A DNA stretch of 64,000 bases from Verrucomicrobiota bacterium (GCA_049510745.1 JBEKYR010000016.1:1-64000), one strand, 5' to 3'. Counted from the stretch's first letter, positions 37,847-47,886 are shown. Translations and numbers: made by a program. The notes: a model not told the origin generated them from the letters alone.

Positions 37847-38671
37847 TTAAAACTTGTGGGACGGCGAGAGGAGGTTGACGCCCCAGAAAGTCAGGAGGAC
37901 AAAGGCAAAGGCGCCCACCGCGCCCCAGGCGAAGCGGCGGCCGGATTGGGCAAAGCGGCTGTGCAGGACCAGCAGCGCCAGGTAGAGGCACCAGACCAGC
38001 CCGGACCAGATCACCTTCGGGTCCGAAGCGGAGCGCAGTTCGGGCCGCTGGCGGAACAGGAAGGGGATGAAGGCCAGCCCCGCGGTCAACAAGACGAATC
38101 CCGCCCACAACAGGCGGCTGGTGATGATTTCCAGGCGGTCGATGGGCGGCATAAGGGCAAAAACGGCGCGGAGCTTGTGAAATTTGAGGTCGTGTTCCTG
38201 AGTCAAGTACATCACGGCCGCGACCGAGCTCAAGCCGAAGGCACCGTAGGAGAGGAGGGTCAGGGCGGCGTGCAGGCTGGTCAGGGCGTTGCCGAACTGC
38301 GGTTTGTTCGCGTGAGGGGCGTCCAATCCGGGCATGAGGGCGAAGACGCCGATGGCAAAGATGACGGGAGCGGCGAAGGCGCCCAGATGGCGCAGGCGCG
38401 GCCAGAGACCGAAGACCAGATAGACCGCCACGATGGTCCAATCGACAAAGGTCATCGCTTCATAGAGGTTGTTGACGGGGCAGCGGTCAAAAGTCAGTCC
38501 GCGCATGAGCATGGCCTTGAGATGCAAAGCGAAGCCGGCCAGGAGCAGGGCGTAGTTGACATGGTCGTGCTGGCGGAAGCCTTTGCGCCAGAGAAAAACA
38601 GAATAGACGGTGCTGAGGCCGTAAAGGGTTACGGCCAGCAAAAACCAATGTCGATCCGTCAGCCAGGACAC
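37847..38671 (-). CDS. CcsA/HemX-family cytochrome c assembly membrane protein
   Basis: About 8 TM; PVNNLYE, LHAAL, YLTQEHDLK, DPKVIWS; first gene of ccsA-hemA-hemC. Confidence 0.88.
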   Translation of the reverse strand: MSWLTDRHWFLLAVTLYGLSTVYSVFLWRKGFRQHDHVNYALLLAGFALHLKAMLMRGLTFDRCPVNNLYEAMTFVDWTIVAVYLVFGLWPRLRHLGAFAAPVIFAIGVFALMPGLDAPHANKPQFGNALTSLHAALTLLSYGAFGLSSVAAVMYLTQEHDLKFHKLRAVFALMPPIDRLEIITSRLLWAGFVLLTAGLAFIPFLFRQRPELRSASDPKVIWSGLVWCLYLALLVLHSRFAQSGRRFAWGAVGAFAFVLLTFWGVNLLSPSHKF

Positions 38672-38791
38672 GTCCCCAAGGTAATGCGGCCCCCTTTGGC
38701 CGCAAGGAGGAATTCCGGGGAAAGGATGAAGGAAGAAGGAAGAAGTGGCCGGGCGAACCTATGGGGGATCGGATACGGTGGATACTGGCAT

Positions 38792-39010
38792 TCAAGGCGG
38801 GCGCACGGCGGGTGGTTGCCAGTCGAGATGCCAGTAATAATGCCACAGGTCTTCGAGTTTCACCAATTCGGCATGGCCATCAGTCATCCCCATGTTGATC
38901 GAGCCGGGCATTTTTTGGCCGGCCGGAACATTTTGCGGGGCCTTGGAAGTGTTGCGGTCGCCATGCCGGGCAATGGTGCAACGCCCCATCTGGTTGGGTG
39001 AGACGCCTAC
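38792..39010 (-). pseudogene. C-terminal remnant of a prepilin-type / H-X9-DG domain protein
   Basis: MGRCTIARHG...GSINMGMTDGHAELVKLEDLWHYYWHLDWQPP; no N-terminal FTLIELL leader upstream. Confidence 0.75.
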
Positions 39011-39251
39011 TTGACATAGCAATACCAGGGACGCCCACAAGCGAGGGCCAACACCGGGCTGATTGATGATATCCCATTGGGATATTCCGCGTATTCCGCG
39101 AAGCCCGCGCGACGGAGAAAAAAAACGCCGCAAGCGGATTTCGAGGCGGAGGCTCGTCGCTGCAGCGCGGCGCCCGGAGACGGGGCGCAGCGGATCGCCG
39201 GCGGGATTTGAGATTTGAGATGGCAGAGGAGGGAGAGGCGTTGGTTGGGAG

Positions 39252-40211
39252 TCAAGGCAACGGGAGGACGCGGTAGAAGCGGTTGGAGGATTGGAGGGGG
39301 TCGAAGAGGAGATTGGTGATGCCGTTCCCAACTACGGGTGAGCCGAGATTGAACCAGGTGTTGGAGTCGAGGCTGGAGGCCCATTGGACCTGGTAGAGCA
39401 TGTTGGTGACGGAGTTCCAGGTGACGGCGACGCCCTGGGCGATGGCGAGGGTGGTGTCGGGTTTGACTTCCGCCAGGGCGGTGACTTCGGCCTGGCTCAG
39501 GGCGTGGTTGTAGATTCTGACTTCGTCAATCACACCGGTGAATTTGTAGTCGCCGTATTCGGAGTTGATGCCGATGCCCAAGCGGGCGGTCCCAGGGAAG
39601 AGGGGGCCGGAAAAGGAATCGGTATTGGGCAGGAGCACGCCGTTGGTGTAGTAGGACACGGTGGCGCCGTCCCAGGTGGCCGTGAGGTGAATCCACTGGC
39701 CGGCGATCACGTTAGCCTGAGCGATGTCCCCAAAGTCCCAGGGTTGGGTGCCGTTGGAGTCCAGTTGCACACCAAAGTGACCGCCGGAAATGCCGAACCA
39801 GTAGCTGAGGTAGTAGGGAGGATTGCCTTCCTTGGAGAAGATGGGTGAGCCAGCCGGATTGTCGCACCGAACCCAGGCGGCAAAGGAGGCAGCGTTGGAG
39901 AGCTGGAGCGAAGGGCTGTTCGGGATGTAAACGCCAGTGGCGCTGGAGCCGTCGAAGTAAAGGGCGGAGCCATGGCGGCCCTGGGTCCAGGTGAGAGCGG
40001 TGGCCCCGACGAGGGTGCCGTTGTTGCCGTAGCCGGAGCTGTCGGTGATGGTGGTGCCCTGGCCTTCGTCGAACGCCCAGTAGCCGACGAGTTCGGCGCG
40101 GCTCTGAACAATTGACAAGAGGAGGACGGAGAAGGAAAGCAAACGGACCAGAGCACGCTCGTTGGATGCGAGGTTTGGGAAGGCGAGAAGACGGACGGTG
40201 TTTTTTTTCAT
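39252..40211 (-). CDS. Secreted LamG/concanavalin-like lectin domain protein with C-terminal FYR domain
   Basis: LVGYWAFDEG..DSSG, WIHLTATWDG, FTGVIDEVRIYNHALS; ends YQVQWASSL..W..RFYRV. Confidence 0.85.
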   Translation of the reverse strand: MKKNTVRLLAFPNLASNERALVRLLSFSVLLLSIVQSRAELVGYWAFDEGQGTTITDSSGYGNNGTLVGATALTWTQGRHGSALYFDGSSATGVYIPNSPSLQLSNAASFAAWVRCDNPAGSPIFSKEGNPPYYLSYWFGISGGHFGVQLDSNGTQPWDFGDIAQANVIAGQWIHLTATWDGATVSYYTNGVLLPNTDSFSGPLFPGTARLGIGINSEYGDYKFTGVIDEVRIYNHALSQAEVTALAEVKPDTTLAIAQGVAVTWNSVTNMLYQVQWASSLDSNTWFNLGSPVVGNGITNLLFDPLQSSNRFYRVLPLP

Positions 40212-40436
40212 AGGATTCAGAGTAGCTTCATTCTCGGACAAAACTCGACTCGAAGAGTCTGTACCATAATCGACGGGTGATTCTGGGCTAATTCCGGGTT
40301 TTTGCAAGCATTTTTTTAAGAGCGCGTCAATCAATAACATTTTCAACTTCTATCGGTGCGGGTGAATAACATACGATCAGGGAAGGCAGCCGTTTCCCGA
40401 AAGGCGCCGGGTATGGGATTAAGCGCAGGCGATTTG

Positions 40437-41786
40437 CTATTTCGCGGGCGGGGGAGGGGGCATGGACTTCGAAACTTGGGTCACGGCTTGTTGAAGCGTC
40501 AGGTGCTGTCCGTTGATGAGTTCGGCCAGCGTGCCGGTCACGTCGGCGGTGGCGGGAGAGGTGCCTTGCACCATCCAGGTCCCGCCGTTCCAGACCACAA
40601 TGCTCGTTCCCGGGGCCATGGCCTTGACGAAACTGCCGTTGTCCGCATAGGAGGCCAGTTGACCATTCGGGTCGGACGCGGTCACGGCCAGCACGCCGGG
40701 ATAGGCGGCGGGATAGGTGTCTTCCGTGCCGGGCGTATTGCCCGCCGCGGCGACGATTTGAATGCCCTTTGAGGTCGCCTCCTGAATCAAACTGCCCAGC
40801 AATTGACTGTTGCCCGTGCCGCCGGAACTGACGTTGATCGGATTGGCTCCGGCGTTGATGGCGGCGAGGATTCCCTCCATGAGATCCATCGTGGTGGTGC
40901 TTTCGCCGTTTCCATAAACGATGACCGGCTGAATCATGCTGGGATTGGCGGACATGGCGCCCAACATGGTTTCGAGCATGCTGGTGGCGTGGGAGGGTTG
41001 GTCGGAAGGGGCGGAGGTCTGGCCCACGACATCAATGGGCTTGAGCATGTATTTCTGGAACTGATCGGGCGCATCGACGGCGGTATCGACCAGGCCGACG
41101 ATCGGGCCGCTGGTCACGGGCTGCGGGTTGAGATTGAAGAGGGAACCGGATGGCGTTTGTGTTTGCGCCATCTGCACCGGGGCGGGGGGATCGACAACGT
41201 AATTGCCCTCCGCGGCGGCGACGGATGGGTCCGAGGCGAGGGATTGCAGGGCGGCGTCGGCGCCGGCGGCGTCGCCAAATTGAAGGCGGTAGAGGCCGAT
41301 GCGATCATCGCGCCCGACGATTTTGGCGCCGAGTTTTTTGGCCAGTTGATCGATGGTGTTGGTGTCGGCGCCGCGCTTGAGTTTGACGAGGTCTTCGTTG
41401 GCAATGCGGTAATCGCGCTTTTCCTCCTTGACCAGTTGCGTGGCCGCGCCCGGCGCGGTGCGATAGACAAACAAGCGGGAAACGCCGTTGGTCTGGTCCT
41501 TGGCGTAATTGAGATTGCCCAGCAGGCGGCGCAAGGCGTCGTTCTCCGAGAGGTCCTTGAACTTGACAGAGATCGAATTCGAGGCGCCCGGTTCGACATA
41601 GACTTTCCAGCCGGTGGCGCGGGCGATGTTTTTCAAAAGGGTGATGAGGTCGCTTCGTTGGATGTCGGCATCGACTTGATCCTGTTTGGCGCGCCAATTG
41701 AGGGAATTGTTGGCGCGGGCGGAAGCCGCCGCCAGGAACAGGGCAACGCAGACAACAACGGGCAACCATCTCGGAATTTTCATCAT
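40437..41786 (-). CDS. Secreted S8 (subtilase) peptidase with N-terminal STN/secretin-N0-like domain
   Basis: Triad VDTA / SHATS / GTSPAT, AAAGN, YPAAYPGV; N-terminal L..LLKNIARATGWKVYVEP. Confidence 0.82.
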   Translation of the reverse strand: MMKIPRWLPVVVCVALFLAAASARANNSLNWRAKQDQVDADIQRSDLITLLKNIARATGWKVYVEPGASNSISVKFKDLSENDALRRLLGNLNYAKDQTNGVSRLFVYRTAPGAATQLVKEEKRDYRIANEDLVKLKRGADTNTIDQLAKKLGAKIVGRDDRIGLYRLQFGDAAGADAALQSLASDPSVAAAEGNYVVDPPAPVQMAQTQTPSGSLFNLNPQPVTSGPIVGLVDTAVDAPDQFQKYMLKPIDVVGQTSAPSDQPSHATSMLETMLGAMSANPSMIQPVIVYGNGESTTTMDLMEGILAAINAGANPINVSSGGTGNSQLLGSLIQEATSKGIQIVAAAGNTPGTEDTYPAAYPGVLAVTASDPNGQLASYADNGSFVKAMAPGTSIVVWNGGTWMVQGTSPATADVTGTLAELINGQHLTLQQAVTQVSKSMPPPPPAK

Positions 41787-41900
41787 CCAGCGTAATATAG
41801 CAGGAAACGGGCACAGATGGCAAACCATCCGTTCACCGGCGCGTCTCACTTCCTGGACAGTGGCCGATGTTGGGGGAGGGGAAGGGTCGATCCACTGGGG

Positions 41901-42027
41901 GGAATGACGAATGACGAAATCCGAATGTCTAAAGAATGCTCAAAAGACCCAATGACGAAAACGGAACCGGAAGAACTCTCGTCATTCGGGCTTCGTCATT
42001 GTTTCGTCATTAGAGCTTCGTCATTCC
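41901..42027. repeat. Palindromic element built of AATGACGA units
   Basis: Ends GGAATGACGAA / TTCGTCATTCC; forward units at 41903, 41910, 41951; inverted units at 41979, 41993, 42004, 42018. Confidence 0.8.
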
Positions 42028-42153
42028 AAGGTTTTTACAGCACGAAGGGCAGGGTGGGGGAAGGGGGATTGCGGCGGGCAAATAATTCCCCCATTGAGTG
42101 GGATGACACCCAAAATGCTTGAAATAGGGGCGATCCTGAGGGATAATCCCTCT

Positions 42154-42381
42154 ATGAATGCGACGGTAATCGACAAGAAACGCCGAATGACCCTCCCGGA
42201 GTCGGTCTGCGAGGCGGTTGGCCTCAAACCCAATGACCAAGTGGAATGGCGTGTCGAGGCTGGGGAGATACGCGGACGGCGGCTTGTGGCGCAAAAGCCC
42301 AAGGAAGCGTTCCCGCCTGGCTCGTTGCTCAAGTACTTCACGCCGGAGCGGGACGAGGAAGAGCTGGCGATCCTGTCCTGA
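42154..42381 (+). CDS. AbrB/MazE/SpoVT-family DNA-binding protein, orphan (possibly truncated)
   Basis: TVIDKKRRMTLPESVCEAVGLKPNDQVEW; no toxin ORF follows. Confidence 0.75.
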   Translation: MNATVIDKKRRMTLPESVCEAVGLKPNDQVEWRVEAGEIRGRRLVAQKPKEAFPPGSLLKYFTPERDEEELAILS

Positions 42382-42583
42382 CTGAAATTGGAATAAGGCG
42401 TTGTTTCTGATTTTCCCGCGGGTCGCTCGTTGGTATTCCGCCGTTGGTATGGAAAGGACGGACACGGACACACACCGACGCACACTCTGGCAGGTTCATT
42501 GGCACTGTGAACCGCCTATTGCCGCGAAGGATTAAAATTTCCTTTCCACGCTTCGAAAATGAGATGCGTTTGCCCTGATCCCG

Positions 42584-44173
42584 TCACCGCGCAAGGCGGT
42601 AAAAGCCGGCGGCGCCGGAACTATTGAGGCCGACCCAAACGGTGTTATTCGTGATCCATTCCTGGGCCGTCACATTCGACCAGGAAACGGGCGGGGTCAA
42701 AGCGGAGGTTTGCTGCAACACAAAGACGGTGGGCGAGGCGGGCCAGGTGAGGACGGTGTTGGCGCCGGCGGGGGCCGCGGACAGGGCCGGAGCGGAAATG
42801 GCAAAGAAATCAAACGCCAGCGCATAGGTTTCCGAGGGAGTGACGCTTTGGGAGGGGCTGCCGTACTTGATCGCCTCCAGATCGTAGGTGCCCGGTGGAA
42901 GGTGCGGGAGATAGAGATGCTGCACGTTGTCCACCGCACTGACGCTGCACGCGAGGAGGGTGCTGTTGGTCGCGTTATACAAGAAGAGCGCCAGATTGTT
43001 GATGTTCGTCAATCCGGCCTGGCGTTCCCAAACCAGGGTGGCAGTGAGGGTGGAGTTGCTGGGCACGTTGAATAGGTAGTGGTTGATGGTGTCTTCTCCT
43101 GGAGCGTTCGAGATCGACTCAAAATCCCAGCCGAGGAGAGAGCCGATGGTTTCCCCGCTGGAAATGGGCGGATGAGCGCCGCCGGCCGCGACATTGATTT
43201 CCGCCGTATAGGTTTTTTGTCCGGCGGCCAGTTGTTCGTAAGCATAAAAGAGATTCAGCACGCCCGCGCCGTAGCGGGTATCGAGCGGAGCGTTGGTGGT
43301 GTGCGTCCAGTCGAACGGTTTGAGGGCGCCGTTGAGCAGCAGCGCCTTGACCGTGCGCCGGTCATCGGCGATGGAGATGTTGGGACCGCCATCACCGCGC
43401 GCGGCCGCTTGCAAGAGCACGGAGGCGGCGCCCGTCACGTAAGGCGTGGTGAAACTGATCCTCTGTCCGGGGGCGACCAGGTCCGGCTTGGATCGGCCAT
43501 TGTCGGCGGTGGGGCCGGTGGCGACGTCGGCGCCCACGCCGTAGGCGGCGACGCCGATGCAATTGTAGGCCGTGCCCGGAGGCCCGACGCCGTTATTCAA
43601 GCCGTTGACCGCCGAGCAAAAGACATTGCCCTGGTCGGCGATGTAAGAGTCGTAGGCGGAATTGACCGACGGTTGATCCGAGAGGCTGTCGAAAAAAGCA
43701 AAGCTTTGATTGACGACATTGGCGACAATGGCGAGGTCGTCCACCACGATAAACGAATAGAAATAATCCGCCTCGTAGTTGAAATCGTGAGCCACGCCGG
43801 GCGCCACGCCCTGGCTGGCGCCAAAGAGGGCGAGGGCCACACTGTCGGCGTGCGGGGATTCGGCGCCGAGGGAGTTGGTAAAAACGGTGGAACCGCCATT
43901 GGTTGAAACCCAGGTGAAGAAACTTTGCGGCTGGCCCACCGTGGCCGGATTGACCTCGAATTCCGGCGAATTGGTCGAGTCGAGGGCTTCCGGCTGGGCC
44001 ACCACGACACCGTTGCCGGTCAAGGTCGAATCCAAGGCGCGCAGTCTGGTCACACCCATGGTGTCCAAATCTCCCGCTTGCCCGGCCAACGGCATCCAGG
44101 CCAGAAAGAGGGTGGAAAAAGAACGGGCGAAGGCAAGTTGAATTGCGCGGGGCAAGTCAGTCGGCATTGTCAT
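42584..44173 (-). CDS. Secreted S8-like peptidase with C-terminal FYR domain
   Basis: LTGNGVVVAQPEA, SPHADSV, GRSKPDLVAPG, ISFTTPYVTG, VKALLLNGA, YGAGVLN; ends LTWP..FVLQQT..W..GFYRL. Confidence 0.8.
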   Translation of the reverse strand: MTMPTDLPRAIQLAFARSFSTLFLAWMPLAGQAGDLDTMGVTRLRALDSTLTGNGVVVAQPEALDSTNSPEFEVNPATVGQPQSFFTWVSTNGGSTVFTNSLGAESPHADSVALALFGASQGVAPGVAHDFNYEADYFYSFIVVDDLAIVANVVNQSFAFFDSLSDQPSVNSAYDSYIADQGNVFCSAVNGLNNGVGPPGTAYNCIGVAAYGVGADVATGPTADNGRSKPDLVAPGQRISFTTPYVTGAASVLLQAAARGDGGPNISIADDRRTVKALLLNGALKPFDWTHTTNAPLDTRYGAGVLNLFYAYEQLAAGQKTYTAEINVAAGGAHPPISSGETIGSLLGWDFESISNAPGEDTINHYLFNVPSNSTLTATLVWERQAGLTNINNLALFLYNATNSTLLACSVSAVDNVQHLYLPHLPPGTYDLEAIKYGSPSQSVTPSETYALAFDFFAISAPALSAAPAGANTVLTWPASPTVFVLQQTSALTPPVSWSNVTAQEWITNNTVWVGLNSSGAAGFYRLAR

Positions 44174-44261
44174 GGCAAACGTCGCCCCAAAAAGTGGCAC
44201 AAGCCGGCTGGAATGCAATAGTTTGATTGAAATTGAGCGGCGCTCCAAGCATCTTGCCGGC

Positions 44262-44789
44262 ATGAAATGGTTTGTGATTATGGCGTTGCCGGCGATGCTC
44301 GCGCTGGCCGGGTGCGAGAAGAAAATGCCGCCGCCGGCCACGCCCGCGGCCGCCGTGCGAGTCTTTCCCACGCACGCGCAAGGGAAGTTGGCCAGCATCC
44401 GGCTTTGGCTCGGGCCGGCGGAAGTTGAGGCGGAAATGGCGCTGACGGATGAACAGGTGCAGACCGGAATGATGTTCCGCACCAATTTGGAAGAGAACGC
44501 CGGGATGATCTTTGTTTTTGGGCGACCGTCCCGGGCCGAGTTTTGGATGAAGAATTGCACTGTGCCGCTGTCGGCGGCTTATATCGACCCGGAGGGGGCC
44601 ATCCTGGAAATCCATGACTTGGAACCGCAGAACACTAATTCCGTTTTCGCCGAAACTTCCAACATCCAGTACGTCCTGGAGGTCAACCAAGGCTGGTTCA
44701 AACGGCATCAGGTCGGTACGGGAATGTACGTGCGCACCGAAAGGGGAACGTTGCGGGAAACATTTTTCCGAAGAAGCGAGGGGCCGTAG
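44262..44789 (+). CDS. DUF192-family lipoprotein
   Basis: Lipobox LAGC; GMMFRT, GMIFVF, FWMKN, YVLEVNQGWF. Confidence 0.88.
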   Translation: MKWFVIMALPAMLALAGCEKKMPPPATPAAAVRVFPTHAQGKLASIRLWLGPAEVEAEMALTDEQVQTGMMFRTNLEENAGMIFVFGRPSRAEFWMKNCTVPLSAAYIDPEGAILEIHDLEPQNTNSVFAETSNIQYVLEVNQGWFKRHQVGTGMYVRTERGTLRETFFRRSEGP

Positions 44790-44798
44790 CGCGCCAGC

Positions 44799-46082
44799 AT
44801 GAGATCGAAATCTGAAGAACTGTTCGCCGAAGCCTTGCGCTATATTCCGGGCGGGGTCAATTCACCCGTCCGCGCGTTTCGGGCCGTCGGCGGGCAGCCG
44901 TTTTTTGCGCAGCGAGCAAAGGGCGCGCATGTCTTTGATGTCGATGGCAACGACTACATCGATTACGTGGGGACATGGGGACCCGCGATCCTGGGGCACG
45001 CGCCGCCGAAAATCATCCAGGCGGTGAAGGAGGCGGCAGAGCAGGGGACCAGTTTCGGCATACCCAATGCGCTGGAGGTCAAAATGGCCCGGCTGGTGTG
45101 CGGGGCCGTGCCGAGCGTGCAAAAGGTGCGGATGTGCAATTCCGGGACGGAAGCCTGCATGTCGGCCATCCGGCTGGCGCGCGGCTTCACCCGGCGGGAC
45201 AAGATAATCAAGTTCGACGGCTGTTATCACGGCCATGCGGATTCGCTTCTGGTCAAGGCCGGATCGGGCGCGCTGACGTTTGGAACACCCGACAGCGCGG
45301 GAGTTCCGGCGGCGTTCACGCAACACACGATTGTGCTGCCGTATAACGAAAGGGAGCCGCTGGAGGCGGCGTTCGCGGCGAACGAGGGCCAGGTGGCCGG
45401 CCTGATAGTGGAGCCGGTGCCGGGCAACGCCGGGCTGTATCTGCCCAAGCCGGGCTACCTGGAATTTCTTCGTGACATCACGGCGCGGCACGGGGCCTTG
45501 CTCATTTTCGACGAGGTGATGACCGGATTCCGGCTGGGGTTTGGCGGCGCGCAGGAGCGTTTTGGCATTCGGCCGGACCTGAGTTGTTTTGGAAAGATCA
45601 TCGGCGGGGGCCTGCCCGTGGGGGCCTTTGGCGGGCGGGCGGACATCATGGATTGGCTGGCGCCGCTGGGGCCGGTCTATCAGGCGGGCACCTTGAGCGG
45701 GAACCCCGTGGCCATGGCCGCGGGCATCGCCGCGCTGGAGGAATTGTCCGGCGGCAATGCCTACGCGAAACTTGAGAAGCTCGGCGCGGCGCTGGAAACG
45801 GGGATGCGGGAGGCGGCCAAAGGAGCGAAGATTGCAGTGCAATTCAACCGCATCGGCTCGATGTTCTGCGGCTATTTTACCGAAGCGCCGGTGCATAACC
45901 TGGCGGACGCGATGAAGAGCGACCGGGCGCGATTTGCCAAATACTTCCACGGCATGTTGGAGCGGGGGATTTACCTGGCGCCCTCGCAGTTCGAAGCGGG
46001 TTTCATTTCCACCGCGCACACGGCGGAGGACATCGGGAAAACGGTGCAAGCGGCCCGGAGCGTTTTTGGCAAGCTGGCGTGA
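44799..46082 (+). CDS. hemL: Glutamate-1-semialdehyde 2,1-aminomutase
   Basis: [49 protein letters not shown]. Confidence 0.97.
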   Translation: MRSKSEELFAEALRYIPGGVNSPVRAFRAVGGQPFFAQRAKGAHVFDVDGNDYIDYVGTWGPAILGHAPPKIIQAVKEAAEQGTSFGIPNALEVKMARLVCGAVPSVQKVRMCNSGTEACMSAIRLARGFTRRDKIIKFDGCYHGHADSLLVKAGSGALTFGTPDSAGVPAAFTQHTIVLPYNEREPLEAAFAANEGQVAGLIVEPVPGNAGLYLPKPGYLEFLRDITARHGALLIFDEVMTGFRLGFGGAQERFGIRPDLSCFGKIIGGGLPVGAFGGRADIMDWLAPLGPVYQAGTLSGNPVAMAAGIAALEELSGGNAYAKLEKLGAALETGMREAAKGAKIAVQFNRIGSMFCGYFTEAPVHNLADAMKSDRARFAKYFHGMLERGIYLAPSQFEAGFISTAHTAEDIGKTVQAARSVFGKLA

Positions 46083-46085
46083 TGA

Positions 46086-46688
46086 TCAAGCGCCGGGCGG
46101 TTTTTCGGAGGCGGGGGGGAACTGGACGTTGGCGTACACTTCGGCCAACGCCACGGTGATGTTGAGCGAGGGCAGGGTTAGCTTGCCGTCCATGCCCACG
46201 ACGTCCCGGAGCAACCATTCACCGCCGGCTTGCCGGATAAACTGTTCGATCTGAGGTTTGTCTTGACTCACCAGGAGGTACTCGCGCAGGGACGGAATTT
46301 GGCGATAGAGGGCAAACTTTTTGCCGCGATCGTAGCTCTCGCTGGACTCGGAGAGAATTTCGGCAAGCACGGTGGGATTGAGCAACACATCGACCTGCTC
46401 GTCCTCAAATTGCTGGTCGCCGCACGCGACGGAAAGATCGGGGTAGGTGTAGAGTCCGGCAGCCTGGACCTTGACGCGCAGATCGGTGTTGTATGCCATG
46501 CAGGGGCTGCCTTTGAGTTGCTTGCTGAATTCGCTCGTTATGTTGACAGCGATGATGCTATGCCAGCGGGTGCCGCCGGACATGGCGAACATCTCGCCAT
46601 CGAGGAATTCGCTTTTGTATTCCGCGCGGCGCTCGATTTCGAGGTACTCGGCTTCGGTCAACCGTTGAATGGGCTTGGCGACGGCCAT
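46086..46688 (-). CDS. Uma2-family (DUF820) endonuclease
   Basis: KSEFLDGEMFAMSG, YPD, EILSES..YDRGKKF..Y, EYLLVSQD. Confidence 0.92.
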   Translation of the reverse strand: MAVAKPIQRLTEAEYLEIERRAEYKSEFLDGEMFAMSGGTRWHSIIAVNITSEFSKQLKGSPCMAYNTDLRVKVQAAGLYTYPDLSVACGDQQFEDEQVDVLLNPTVLAEILSESSESYDRGKKFALYRQIPSLREYLLVSQDKPQIEQFIRQAGGEWLLRDVVGMDGKLTLPSLNITVALAEVYANVQFPPASEKPPGA

Positions 46689-46729
46689 GGCAAAATGTTA
46701 ATCATCCAGGCGACCTAAAGCAAGGTGAT

Positions 46730-47143
46730 ATGCGCGTTCTTGGCATCGATCATGGAACAAAACGGGTTGGACTGGCTCTGAGCGACGAGACCGGGACCAT
46801 CGCCCAGCCGCTGGAGTTTCTTGCCGCCGAACCGGCGGAAAAGCTCTTGAGCCGGCTTCGGGACATCGTCGCCGAACGGAAAGTGGCGGAGATCCTGGTC
46901 GGCATCCCGCGCAACATGAACGGCACCTACGGGCCGGCGGCGGAGAAGGCGCGGGGATTCGTGGCCGCGCTGGAACAAGTATTGACAGTGCCGGTGAAGA
47001 CGTGGGACGAACGGCTGACCTCCGTTCAGGCCAACCGCTTTCTGATCGAAACGGGAATGAGGCGCGAGCAACGCAAGGAGCGCGCGGACCAGACGGCCGC
47101 CGCCATTTTGCTGCAAAGTTATCTGGACCATCGCAGCCGGTGA
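46730..47143 (+). CDS. ruvX: RuvX/YqgF pre-16S rRNA nuclease
   Basis: LGIDHGTKRVGLALSD, VGIP, WDERLTS, AAAILLQSYLD. Confidence 0.94.
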   Translation: MRVLGIDHGTKRVGLALSDETGTIAQPLEFLAAEPAEKLLSRLRDIVAERKVAEILVGIPRNMNGTYGPAAEKARGFVAALEQVLTVPVKTWDERLTSVQANRFLIETGMRREQRKERADQTAAAILLQSYLDHRSR

Positions 47144-47883
47144 AACTCAAGCTGACCATCGCTTACGACGGGGCGCCGTATGCCGGCTGGCAGGCGCAAA
47201 AAAACGGCGTGGGCGTCCAGCAGCGGGTCGAGGAAGCCGTGGCCAGAATTTTTCCCGGCGCTGGCCGCTTGCACAGTTCCAGCCGGACCGACACCGGCGT
47301 GCATGCGCTGGGCATGGTGGCGCATGTCGAAATCCCCGCGCACGAGATGAAGATGCCCGTGGCGAAAGCCGCGCTGGCCATCAATGCGCATCTGCCGCGC
47401 GAAATTCGCGTGATGGCGGCGGCGCGTTGCCGGGCTGGTTTTGACGCGCGGTTCGACGCCAAAGGAAAGCAGTACCGTTACTTTGTCTGGGTGGGGGCGG
47501 CGATGAATCCGCTCCTGCGCCACCAGGCCTGGCACGTCACCCGGCCGCTGGACCTGGGCGCGATGCGGGCGGCGGCGAAGTTTTTTTTGGGCCGGCACGA
47601 TTTCAAATCGCTGGCCGGCACGCGCAATTACGAGATGAGTTCCACCGTGCGGACGTTGACGCGCTGCGACCTCAAGCGCCAGGGGCCGCTCCTGACGTTC
47701 GTCATCGAAGGGGACGGTTTTCTTTACAAGATGTGCCGGGGCATTGTCGGGACGCTGGCGCAAGTGGGGCGGGGGAAGATCGCCCCCGGCGAGATCCGGC
47801 ACATTCTGGCCCGGAAGGACCGGCGGGCCGCCGGGATGACGGCCCCCGCCCACGGGCTGGTATTGTGGAAAGTTTTTTATTGA
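47140..47883 (+). CDS. truA: tRNA pseudouridine(38-40) synthase
   Basis: AYDG..YAGWQ, SRTDTGVHA, FDARF, GFLYKMCR, TAPAHGL. Confidence 0.95.
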   Translation: MKLKLTIAYDGAPYAGWQAQKNGVGVQQRVEEAVARIFPGAGRLHSSSRTDTGVHALGMVAHVEIPAHEMKMPVAKAALAINAHLPREIRVMAAARCRAGFDARFDAKGKQYRYFVWVGAAMNPLLRHQAWHVTRPLDLGAMRAAAKFFLGRHDFKSLAGTRNYEMSSTVRTLTRCDLKRQGPLLTFVIEGDGFLYKMCRGIVGTLAQVGRGKIAPGEIRHILARKDRRAAGMTAPAHGLVLWKVFY

Positions 47884-47886
47884 CGC

